From a virus (taxonomy: Duplodnaviria > Caudoviricetes), in the IMG/VR virus record IMGVR_UViG_3300034062_006549, positions 1 to 58,071 of that record: DNA of 58,071 bases, one strand, 5' to 3'. Both the position numbers and the translations under genes were made by a program. Under the pieces are notes generated by a model. The model was not told the origin of the DNA and did no database searches. It worked only from the letters and a program-made list of their open reading frames with translations. Positions within the stretch are counted from its first letter, which is position 1; the number at the start of each line of letters is the position of its first letter. Below are positions 17,415 to 26,228 of the stretch, piece after piece.

Positions 17415-18190
17415 ACATTAATAAGTTTTTCCTTTCCATTTATGATATCATCATACGAACTCATTTCAAATTTAAGAAAAGGCCTATGATTATTCAAATC
17501 AACAAATTTATATTCATTTTCAACAACATCATAAATACCAAATCCGTGTTTTTTAACAGTTTCACCATAGTTTTGTTGTATTGTCGATCCCACCATATAC
17601 GCTTTCTTACCACCAAGAATATCAAATATCTGTCTTTTGTGAATATCCCCACATAGAACGATATCACATCCTTCAAACTTACTAACCTCATATCCTATTT
17701 CAAACTTGTATCCAATGTCTGTATATAAACCAACAATAGGTCCGTGAAACAATCCAATCTTCAATCTGTCAGATTTCTCTATGATTGGTGGGATGTTATG
17801 TTCAAATAAGGAATAAACAACCCAATCAATGTTATCATCCTGATATACACCTCTATCCTTGTAATAAACAATATTGTTATTGTCCATTGATTGAATGATG
17901 GGGGTTAGTGTGTCTAATCTAGACAAATTATTTTCAAGCATATCGTGATTACCTACAATAATAATTGTTTTAGCAATCTTTGAACACTCATCCAATACCC
18001 ACCTTACCATTTCAATAAGTTCAGGACTGACTTGGTTTTTACTATGGACTAAATCTCCAGTGAATACCACTCTATCAGGTTGTGTCTCCTTGAATTGATT
18101 AAACATATCCGTGAGGATTGTTTTGTATAGGTCGTGGTCTTTTATTAATCTCAAATGTAAATCTGAGAAATGGACTAACTTTTTTATCAT
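17411..18190 (-). CDS. Mre11/SbcD/gp47-like nuclease (phosphoesterase domain only)
   Basis: Motifs DLH, GDLVH, GNHD, FHG, GDIH; GSTIQQNYGE; 259 aa. Confidence 0.92.
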   Translation of the reverse strand: MIKKLVHFSDLHLRLIKDHDLYKTILTDMFNQFKETQPDRVVFTGDLVHSKNQVSPELIEMVRWVLDECSKIAKTIIIVGNHDMLENNLSRLDTLTPIIQSMDNNNIVYYKDRGVYQDDNIDWVVYSLFEHNIPPIIEKSDRLKIGLFHGPIVGLYTDIGYKFEIGYEVSKFEGCDIVLCGDIHKRQIFDILGGKKAYMVGSTIQQNYGETVKKHGFGIYDVVENEYKFVDLNNHRPFLKFEMSSYDDIINGKEKLINV

Positions 18191-18192
18191 AT

Positions 18193-18417
18193 TTAAAATA
18201 ATTCGAATTGTTCATTAACGTGTCCACAATCATCACAACGATAAGTTGGGAATGGTACTAAGGTATCTTCAAAACTACCCGTTAACATTTTAGAAACTTT
18301 TTTGATAAGAACAACTTCTTTGAAATATTTTGAACCACACTCTTCGCAAGTGATAGTTGGTTGTTCTTTAAGGTCAATTTTTGGTAGGTTTTGTTCTGTA
18401 TTAATTAAGTTGTCCAT
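18193..18417 (-). CDS. zinc-ribbon protein
   Basis: CEECG...CDDCGHVN. Confidence 0.75.
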   Translation of the reverse strand: MDNLINTEQNLPKIDLKEQPTITCEECGSKYFKEVVLIKKVSKMLTGSFEDTLVPFPTYRCDDCGHVNEQFELF

Positions 18418-18418
18418 A

Positions 18419-18691
18419 TTATTCTACAATTATATTATAATCTTCATTATCAATTTTATCCCACTCAATATCTTGGTTATTTAATTCTTCCATTAAATTT
18501 TCATAAATGTCACCATCCATAGGTTTCATATCCCTTCCATTTTCTAAAATATATGATTGGATTTCATCTTCACTCATACCTGCCAATTCAGGATAATCTG
18601 AGATGTTTATAACCAATGGTTTTTTTCTAATGTAAGTTGTATAAGATTCAAAAACTGAAACTTCAACTGATTTTAATTCTTGATTTTCCAT
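18419..18691 (-). CDS. hypothetical acidic protein
   Basis: 90-aa ORF. Confidence 0.7.
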   Translation of the reverse strand: MENQELKSVEVSVFESYTTYIRKKPLVINISDYPELAGMSEDEIQSYILENGRDMKPMDGDIYENLMEELNNQDIEWDKIDNEDYNIIVE

Positions 18692-18693
18692 TT

Positions 18694-18873
18694 TTAATTG
18701 TTTTTTTTATAAATTAATTTAAACGTATCAGGTTCTATACCTATAATTTCCTTGTCTGACACAAATTTGACTCCATTGTATTCAAATACGTGTTTCTTTT
18801 GTAATCGTTTCATTACAAGTTTAAACTCATCAAAATAATCCTTTTCTTTTTCTTTCTTTAGCTCTAGTTCCAT
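18694..18873 (-). CDS. hypothetical protein (59 aa, not in ORF track)
   Basis: Manual translation MELELKKEKEKDYFDEFKLVMKRLQKKHVFEYNGVKFVSDKEIIGIEPDTFKLIYKKNN; fills the gap exactly. Confidence 0.6.
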   Translation of the reverse strand: MELELKKEKEKDYFDEFKLVMKRLQKKHVFEYNGVKFVSDKEIIGIEPDTFKLIYKKNN

Positions 18874-18876
18874 TTG

Positions 18877-19737
18877 TTAAAAAATTTTAAGATTCATTAC
18901 TTGATTAATAACCGACATTGGTATTCTAAATTCTTCGAATGTTCCATCGTCTTTCAACAATACTATAATTGCCCCAAAAAGTCCAATTTTTTCATATTTA
19001 CTTTTTTTCAACATTTTAAACAATAATCTTAAATATAGTGGAAGTTGAATATAATAGTGTCCTAAAGCATTATTTGGTAATTTATTGAAGGGATGTTTCA
19101 TTGGTTTTGTGAATTGATTGGACTCAAAGTTCTTACTTTTATTTGTTTTCCAGTCTGTACAAAAAATACCAATTTGATTTTTTTCTTTATTTTCAATCAA
19201 CCACATTTTATCTGGTTGTCCAACATAACTTAACTCATTATCACCCAATACCATTTCAGTATCAAGTAGAACAGCACCTCGTTCTTTCATTAATTCCAAA
19301 CATTTGATTCCACCACTTACCATTCTATCACTCTTTAATATTTGTTCAAAATCACAATCAAATATTGGTTGTCTAACATCCTTTTTTATGTCAAACATAT
19401 CTAATGATTTTTGCTCTAATAAGTAGTGAGTTCTACTACCTAGATTAGTTGAGTATGTTCCAGCATCAGACCATTCTTTTAATAATTTTTGTTGTTCTTC
19501 AACATCCCCCTTTGCTTTCTTTAATGCAATTTCCTCAGCGGGAAACTCATCATAATATTTTTTTATTATTTTAGATACAGATTTCCAATCATCTCTTAAT
19601 TCACCATTTACATCCATCATTGTGTATTGGTGTTTTTCTTCCTCAAAAGTTAATTGTAATTCTTGTTGTCTATTTCTTACAATTTCTAATATCTCATCTC
19701 TAACTTTATATAAATCTGTCATTTTATTTAATTTCAA
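18877..19737 (-). CDS. PD-(D/E)XK exonuclease (RecB/Cas4-like superfamily)
   Basis: GSRTH, TE, GQPD, DWKT, HYYIQLPLY. Confidence 0.88.
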   Translation of the reverse strand: MKLNKMTDLYKVRDEILEIVRNRQQELQLTFEEEKHQYTMMDVNGELRDDWKSVSKIIKKYYDEFPAEEIALKKAKGDVEEQQKLLKEWSDAGTYSTNLGSRTHYLLEQKSLDMFDIKKDVRQPIFDCDFEQILKSDRMVSGGIKCLELMKERGAVLLDTEMVLGDNELSYVGQPDKMWLIENKEKNQIGIFCTDWKTNKSKNFESNQFTKPMKHPFNKLPNNALGHYYIQLPLYLRLLFKMLKKSKYEKIGLFGAIIVLLKDDGTFEEFRIPMSVINQVMNLKIF

Positions 19738-20635
19738 TATAATAATTTTTTATGTCGCCCCTCAAGTCAGCAATATCTTTATCTAAAGGTAATTTAACAA
19801 TTTTAATTCTTCCATATAACTCACCACCATTTAATTCGTGGTATAAACTTACTGCATTATCATAAGCATCACCATCCAATGCAATTGTTATATTTCCTTT
19901 GGCCTTATCATATAAGGTGTTGAATAACAATGAACTCATATGTTTTCCTAACATTGGAATACTATTCGGAATAAAAATGGCATCAAATGCTCCTTCAACC
20001 AAGGTAATATCTTTTTCCCAATCAATCAAATTTTCAAAGAAGATAATTTTATCTTTTTCGGCTTCAGGATTTTTATATTTGGCTTTGGTATGTAAATCCC
20101 AACTTCTTGCAATATAATAATTTAATTCACCTTTTTTATTATATGATGGTATTACAATTCTACCTGAGTGACTTCCATTATCGCAAAAACCAATACCATA
20201 CCTTTCGATAATATCATCATTAATACCCCTATTCCTCAAATAGTTATATGCTTGTCTTCTTACAGGATAAACTGAAGAGACTTCATTAAATTTTTTAAAA
20301 TTTTCAGGTAACTTTAGTTTGTTATATTGTTTTTTTTCTTTTGGTTGGTTTTCTTCAGGGGCAATAACACAATATGTCTTATAATGGGATTTTTTTCCAT
20401 ATTTCTTTATCAACTTACCTAATGATCCGTGCATATCATTAGTATCACCGCAACTCCAGCATTTATACACGTGTTGAAAGTAGTTTACTTCCATATTACC
20501 TTTGTGTCTATCGTCATCACAAATTGGGCAATCCAAGGCAATTTGACCCTTAGATTCGTAGTGTTGTTTTTCCTTACCAAAGATATCTCTCAGTAAATCA
20601 ACTATTATTTCATTATCGTCTGACATATTATTCAC
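19724..20635 (-). CDS. DNA primase (zinc finger + TOPRIM)
   Basis: CPICD...CWSCG, YLRNRGI, YKNP, VEGAFDA, LDGDA. Confidence 0.92.
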   Translation of the reverse strand: MNNMSDDNEIIVDLLRDIFGKEKQHYESKGQIALDCPICDDDRHKGNMEVNYFQHVYKCWSCGDTNDMHGSLGKLIKKYGKKSHYKTYCVIAPEENQPKEKKQYNKLKLPENFKKFNEVSSVYPVRRQAYNYLRNRGINDDIIERYGIGFCDNGSHSGRIVIPSYNKKGELNYYIARSWDLHTKAKYKNPEAEKDKIIFFENLIDWEKDITLVEGAFDAIFIPNSIPMLGKHMSSLLFNTLYDKAKGNITIALDGDAYDNAVSLYHELNGGELYGRIKIVKLPLDKDIADLRGDIKNYYIEIK

Positions 20636-20654
20636 AAAGTTTTACTACCTAATA

Positions 20655-20661
20655 TATTTAT
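20655..20661 (+). promoter_or_regulatory. putative late promoter TATTTAT
   Basis: 18 nt upstream of the first gene of the plus-strand structural island. Confidence 0.55.
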
Positions 20662-20679
20662 TAAAAACAATTTTGTCAA

Positions 20680-20895
20680 ATGCCAACAACAATAACAATA
20701 AATGGAGTTTCAGGTGCAACACCTTTTGACATTTATCTTTGTGATGACCCTCTTACCACTTGTGTCTATGTTGATACAATTACTGGGGGTACTTATTCTT
20801 TTGATGTTCCATTAATTATGGATGGTCAACTTTCTTATAATCTTAAAGTAATTGATGACAATAATTGTGAAATAATCTCAAATCTAGTAGTTTAA
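20680..20895 (+). CDS. small single-module (SprB-repeat-like) structural protein
   Basis: SGATPFDIYLCD...CVYV...LKVIDDNNCE; paralog of 23011..23310. Confidence 0.65.
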   Translation: MPTTITINGVSGATPFDIYLCDDPLTTCVYVDTITGGTYSFDVPLIMDGQLSYNLKVIDDNNCEIISNLVV

Positions 20896-20898
20896 TAA

Positions 20899-22962
20899 AT
20901 GAGTTGTTTTTGTCCATCGGGTTATACCCCAACCATAGATTCAGATGATTGTATATATACAATAACTGCCGCAACAAGTGGTGGTACATATTTTTATACT
21001 GGTGTCGCTGCGGTTGATGTAAGTGTTTATTGTAAGTTTGGTGTTTTTTTCTATGAAGATATTACAAACTTATCATTTCCAATAACCACTTCAGGCACAA
21101 CCGGAACAACAACAACTGAAAATGGTACTTCATTATTTAGCACCCAATTTATGGTTGATAATAGTGGAAGAATTTTAAATATTCAAGCCGGTGGTAATGG
21201 TGCTCCATATGGACCAACATCAATACAAAATAGTTTATGGGGAACAGGAATTGGTACTAGTACTGGTAGATTAAATAACGCAGGTATTTGGGCAACATCA
21301 GTCGTTCCTGGTGACCCAATAGATGAATGGTTAGGATTTTCATATTGTTTAGATATAGTTTCTGGTGGAACTTATTTTATTGGTGTCGCTTCAGATAATC
21401 TTTTCAAATTAACATTAAACAATCAATTATTAGTTCAAAGTAATACAACAAATTTTGATTATAGTGCTCCTTTAGGTATGCCTGGTACATATATTGGGTT
21501 TAATAGTTGGAGTGTTTTCCCAATTACTCTAAGTTCAGGTCTTAACATAATCCAAATGGAATCCTTGAATTTAACAGGTAATCCTTTATCAAATTATGCG
21601 GCCTTTGCTGCGGAAATATATTCAGGTTCAGTTTCTACATTGAGTGGTTATACAAGTTATTCTCAATTAAGTGCTGATACTATTTTTACAACATTAGATT
21701 TTATTGGCCAAGATATTCCGTTATCATCAAGTGGCGCAACAACAAATACGGGTTATACTTGTCCTGATGGGTATTCATTATATACTTGTAGTGGAACACC
21801 ATATTGTATTTTTATAGATAAGGTAGGATTAATTAGTTTTTGTATAAGTGACACTGGATTAGGTTATGATGATAACTTTACACTTTCAGGGACTTATAAT
21901 TCAGAACCATATTGGAGTGGTAGTTCAACTAGTAGAGTTATCTATTTAACTTCAGGTGGGATGTGGTGTTTATCTGATACTTTGGGTGGAACTTGTCTTT
22001 TGGAAGGTGCTTACCCTTGTACTTCAACTTGTCCTGATTTGTGTGATACATATTTTAGTGAGGGAGTTTGTCCGACACCAACACCAACACCTACAATTAA
22101 TTGTTCAGTATTAGATTTTACCGCAATATTTGATTGCGAAGTAACACCAACACCATCTATTACCCCAACATCAACCACTACTCCAACACCTACCCCAACA
22201 CCAACACCAAGTGATCCTTGTGGTGGTAGAGCGGTAGATGTGACAATAACTGGATATACACCAACTCCAACACCTACAATTTCAGTGACACCAACAATGA
22301 CACCTGAAATAACAAGACCTTGTAATGTTAATGGAAATGTTACATTTAATATTATTGACGCTTACATAGAATGTCCAAGTAGTAAACAATTCCAAGATTG
22401 TGAGACTGGTAAAATGTATTATACTACTAAAAAGTTAATAGTTCCTTCAGGTGATGTTTTAGCCCCATTTATGGTTTTCAAAGCTGATGTAAATGGTGTA
22501 TCAAAATGTATTTCGTTTGTTGGTATCAATATGTTAATAATTGGTGTTGATGATATTGTTTTAGTTGATGGTGTTTTAGGATACTCAAACTTAGGTGAAT
22601 GTTCTTTATGTACACCAGATATTCCTCCAACACCAACTCCAACAATGACACCTACAATAAGTCTAACACCTTCGGTAACACCAACTATTTCAGCACCTAT
22701 GGGTTATTATGTTTATAGAAATTGTAATACTTTAGTTTATTTAATTCAAACATCTCCAGGTCCTTCTATAGTACCAGGTCAAACATTCTCAAATCCTTCA
22801 TCAGAATCATTTGGTGATTGTTGGTCGTTTGAATTCTATTCGGCAACTTATCCAACGTTATCACCTAAGGCAAGTTATACTTACTTATCAGGAAATAATT
22901 TTACAAATTTAGGTACAACAATTTATTCAGATTGTGTCTCTTGTAATGCAAGTTCAGGATAA
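20899..22962 (+). CDS. Cys-rich virion fibre/adhesin with PA14-like domain and (PT)n linkers
   Basis: GTYFIGVASDNLFKLTLN...PITLSSGLNIIQME; four Pro/Thr tracts; many Cys. Confidence 0.7.
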   Translation: MSCFCPSGYTPTIDSDDCIYTITAATSGGTYFYTGVAAVDVSVYCKFGVFFYEDITNLSFPITTSGTTGTTTTENGTSLFSTQFMVDNSGRILNIQAGGNGAPYGPTSIQNSLWGTGIGTSTGRLNNAGIWATSVVPGDPIDEWLGFSYCLDIVSGGTYFIGVASDNLFKLTLNNQLLVQSNTTNFDYSAPLGMPGTYIGFNSWSVFPITLSSGLNIIQMESLNLTGNPLSNYAAFAAEIYSGSVSTLSGYTSYSQLSADTIFTTLDFIGQDIPLSSSGATTNTGYTCPDGYSLYTCSGTPYCIFIDKVGLISFCISDTGLGYDDNFTLSGTYNSEPYWSGSSTSRVIYLTSGGMWCLSDTLGGTCLLEGAYPCTSTCPDLCDTYFSEGVCPTPTPTPTINCSVLDFTAIFDCEVTPTPSITPTSTTTPTPTPTPTPSDPCGGRAVDVTITGYTPTPTPTISVTPTMTPEITRPCNVNGNVTFNIIDAYIECPSSKQFQDCETGKMYYTTKKLIVPSGDVLAPFMVFKADVNGVSKCISFVGINMLIIGVDDIVLVDGVLGYSNLGECSLCTPDIPPTPTPTMTPTISLTPSVTPTISAPMGYYVYRNCNTLVYLIQTSPGPSIVPGQTFSNPSSESFGDCWSFEFYSATYPTLSPKASYTYLSGNNFTNLGTTIYSDCVSCNASSG

Positions 22963-23010
22963 TAAAAGATATGTAAATTTCTTTTGTTGTATTTATAGAA
23001 AAATTAAAGG

Positions 23011-23310
23011 ATGCGTACTTTAGAATTTACAAGTGTCACTGGGTTGAACCAACCTTATACTATATACGTTTGTAATGTATTTGGTGGGGATTGTGTATTA
23101 GTCGCATATTTTTCAACGAATGTACCTCCAAACAATTTATTTGTCTTACCACCAGTTTTTGATACAGCCCCAGCAATTGGGGTTAAAGTAATTACAAGTG
23201 ATGGGTGTGAAAGATTTAAGATTTTATATTGTAGTGAAGATATTAAAGAATTTATGGATTTAGATGATTTCTTTTTTATGGATGGAATTGGTTATTTCTT
23301 TATGTCTTAA
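23011..23310 (+). CDS. small single-module structural protein
   Basis: PYTIYVCN...CVLV...VKVITSDGCE; TATTTAT at 22990-22996. Confidence 0.65.
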   Translation: MRTLEFTSVTGLNQPYTIYVCNVFGGDCVLVAYFSTNVPPNNLFVLPPVFDTAPAIGVKVITSDGCERFKILYCSEDIKEFMDLDDFFFMDGIGYFFMS

Positions 23311-23331
23311 GTATTTATAAATAAAAATAGA

Positions 23332-23979
23332 ATGGCATTTCTTACTGATAGAACTTTAGCAACAGGTGTTACCCCAAATGATTTAATTCATATTGTTATT
23401 ACAGGTGACACTTCTCAAAATCCAGCTGGTTCATCATATAAAGCGACAATGGGTCAAGTAATTGACTTGATAAATCCAACTACTTTGACTGGAGGTACTT
23501 ATGATTCAGTCACAGGTTCAATTACTTTTTATGATGACACTGGTGGGAGTTTTATTGTTACTGGTTTAGTCACAGGATTTTCGGATACTTTTGTAACAGC
23601 TTTTACTTATAATAACGCGAATACATTTACAATAACTGAAAATGATGGGTCAACTTTTAGTGCTACTATAGATTCAATTACTGGTATTACATATTATGAA
23701 GCGACAACAGGTATTACTACTTCAGCAACAACTTTAGTATCGGGTTATAGTTATAATGGAATTAATTATTTGGGGAATGTGGACTTAACTTTATTTTCAC
23801 CAAACTCCTTAGATGGTTTAAAAATTATAGTCAAAGATGAAGGTGGAAATGCTGGTTCAAACAGAATACGAATAGCTCCATCAAGTGGAACAATAGATGG
23901 AAACTCTTACATTGATATGAACATAAACTATATGTCACTTACATTTGTGGCAAGAAATAATAATTGGTGGTTAATATAA
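23332..23979 (+). CDS. tail-fibre-like structural protein
   Basis: NDLIHIV...SSYKAT N-terminus; IIVKDEGGNAG...I..GTIDG...SLTF...WWLI fibre-type C-terminus; TATTTAT at 23312-23318. Confidence 0.65.
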   Translation: MAFLTDRTLATGVTPNDLIHIVITGDTSQNPAGSSYKATMGQVIDLINPTTLTGGTYDSVTGSITFYDDTGGSFIVTGLVTGFSDTFVTAFTYNNANTFTITENDGSTFSATIDSITGITYYEATTGITTSATTLVSGYSYNGINYLGNVDLTLFSPNSLDGLKIIVKDEGGNAGSNRIRIAPSSGTIDGNSYIDMNINYMSLTFVARNNNWWLI

Positions 23980-23980
23980 T

Positions 23981-25195
23981 ATGGCATACATTTTTAATAA
24001 TTCAGTAAAGTATTCGGATGGTCCTAACTTAGACGCTTTTGGTCGTTTAAGAACTGCCGCAGTACAAAATCTTTTGGATATCAAACATACATTTGATAAA
24101 AACCCACTTCAAATTAGTGAGGTTACGGCTGGTACTGCTACATCAATATTTGACCAACAATACGCAAGAGTGAGAATGTCAACCTCAGCTAACAATGACT
24201 TGGTTATTCGTAAGACTAAAACACATCCAATTTATCAACCAGGTAAAAGTCAATTATTTGAAGGTAGTTTTAGTAATTTTCAAATAGAACCTAATGTAAT
24301 TAAAAGAGTTGGGTGTTTTCAATCAACAACGGGTTCACCTTATAATTCGGTATTTGATGGTTACTTTTTGGAAAGTAATGGTGTTACTAGTGCAATAACA
24401 TTTAATATATTCTTAAGTGGTTCTTGTACTTTTAGTGCTGACTCAACAACTTGGAACTCAACCGAATTCGACCCAAATAATTTTGATTGGGCAGAAACAA
24501 ATCTAATGACAGTAGATTATCAATGGTTAGGTGTAGGTAGAGTGAGATTTGGTATGGTTTTATCAGGTCAAACATTCTATTTTTTAGATTATACCGCAGC
24601 AAACAATATACCAACTGTTTATATGTCCTCACCGAATCAACCAATTAGATACGAAATTAGACAAGTTGGTGTTGGTTCAGGTTATTTTGATATGATTTGT
24701 TCTCAAACTTCAACAGAAGGTGCCCTAAATGGTTTATATTCAACAGTTTCAATTCCTTACACCGCAACAACCACGATGGCTACCTCAGGTACAAAATATC
24801 CATATATTGGATATAGATTAAAAGAAAATTACATTGGTGTAACATCTCAGTTTGACACAATCAGTATCTTAAACACTTCAAACGATAATTACTTGTTGAC
24901 AATGGAATTCAATCCAACATTATCTTCAACACCAACTTGGACTGATATTCCAAATTCACCTTTTCAATATTCTTTAAGTGATGGAACTCCAACAATAACA
25001 ACACCAGGACACGTAATGACATCTCTAATTGGTGAGGCTGGTACATCTGCTTTAACAACCACCAAATTAGATGACAATCAAATAAGAGTTGGTTCAAATG
25101 TTAATGGTACTAGAGATGAAATGTGGTTATGTATAACACCATTAAGTAATAGTGCCACATTCATTGGTGCTGCTGATGTTTTATATTATTTATAA
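23981..25195 (+). CDS. beta-sandwich (lectin-like) structural protein
   Basis: DAFGRLRT...YQPGKSQ...DYQWLGVGRVRFG...PIRYEI; beta-strand-rich, S/T/G-rich. Confidence 0.6.
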   Translation: MAYIFNNSVKYSDGPNLDAFGRLRTAAVQNLLDIKHTFDKNPLQISEVTAGTATSIFDQQYARVRMSTSANNDLVIRKTKTHPIYQPGKSQLFEGSFSNFQIEPNVIKRVGCFQSTTGSPYNSVFDGYFLESNGVTSAITFNIFLSGSCTFSADSTTWNSTEFDPNNFDWAETNLMTVDYQWLGVGRVRFGMVLSGQTFYFLDYTAANNIPTVYMSSPNQPIRYEIRQVGVGSGYFDMICSQTSTEGALNGLYSTVSIPYTATTTMATSGTKYPYIGYRLKENYIGVTSQFDTISILNTSNDNYLLTMEFNPTLSSTPTWTDIPNSPFQYSLSDGTPTITTPGHVMTSLIGEAGTSALTTTKLDDNQIRVGSNVNGTRDEMWLCITPLSNSATFIGAADVLYYL

Positions 25196-25224
25196 AGTCA
25201 AATAATCCTCTATATTTTTTTAAT

Positions 25225-26202
25225 ATGGAGGATTTAATTTTTGTAACCGCACAACCTGACGTACCTTACTTCCATTGGCAAGTTAGAGTTTATGTCCACA
25301 ACTTTATTGAGATGGGGATTAACCCAAACCAAATACACGTAATATTTGGGATTATGAATCAACAAACAGACCCAAGTTATGATTCATTAAAATTAAAAGA
25401 ATTGGGGATTAATATCCATTATTATAAAGATGAAAGAAAATTCAAACATTATATACCTAGTATAAAACCTTTTTTAATCTACAAGTGGTTGGAAGAATAT
25501 CCTTCATATGGTAAACTAATATTCTTACATGATGCGGACATTGTTTTTAGAAAACTTCCTAACTTTGAAAGTTTAATAAAAGATGATATTAATTATTTAT
25601 CTGACACCATTGGTTATATTGGTTATAACTACATAATTGATTGTTGCAATCGTTATGAGAAAAGCCATCCAAATTGTTCAAAACAAAAACTTTTGGATAA
25701 TATGTGTGATGTTATTGGAATTGATAAAGAAGTTGTTAAATCAAATCAAAATAATTCTGGTGGTGGACAATATTTGATTAAAAATTCTGATTTCAAACTT
25801 TGGGAGAAAATATACATAAATTCTACCGAATTGTACGATAAGATATGGGATTATCACACCAAATATCCAATAAAACCAGGTGAAATTCAATCTTGGACTG
25901 CCGAAATGTGGTCATTACTTTGGAATTTATGGTATTATGGTTTTGAAACAAAAATTTCAGATGAATTAGATTTTTCTTGGGCTACTGATAGTATTGATGT
26001 TTATAATAATAAAAACATTCTCCATATGGCTGGTGTTACTGAGAATCTAAAAACAAAAAAATTCTTTAAGGGGGATTTTATTAATGTGAATCCATTAAAC
26101 AAACTAAAGGAAAATATTGGTTTTTTTGATTATATCGATAAAAATAGTTCAACGACCGAATATATAAAAATAATGAAAACTATTGTTGAAAATGGTTTCT
26201 AA
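25225..26202 (+). CDS. GT-A glycosyltransferase resembling peptidyl-serine galactosyltransferase/Hyp arabinosyltransferase (GT96/GT95)
   Basis: YFHWQ, SIKPFLIYKWL, IFLHDADIVF (DxD), GGQYLI, WTAEMW, ILH, in the same order as SERGT1 YFDWQ, INKP..V.HWL, ILDADM, WISEMY (recalled). Confidence 0.75.
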   Translation: MEDLIFVTAQPDVPYFHWQVRVYVHNFIEMGINPNQIHVIFGIMNQQTDPSYDSLKLKELGINIHYYKDERKFKHYIPSIKPFLIYKWLEEYPSYGKLIFLHDADIVFRKLPNFESLIKDDINYLSDTIGYIGYNYIIDCCNRYEKSHPNCSKQKLLDNMCDVIGIDKEVVKSNQNNSGGGQYLIKNSDFKLWEKIYINSTELYDKIWDYHTKYPIKPGEIQSWTAEMWSLLWNLWYYGFETKISDELDFSWATDSIDVYNNKNILHMAGVTENLKTKKFFKGDFINVNPLNKLKENIGFFDYIDKNSSTTEYIKIMKTIVENGF

Positions 26203-26228
26203 ATCTATTTATTAAAAAAATAATATAA

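Noticed and set aside
18877-19737. Cas4 or a CRISPR-Cas locus
   Set aside because: Lacks the four-Cys Fe-S motif, and there is no array or other cas gene; it sits beside primase as an ordinary phage exonuclease
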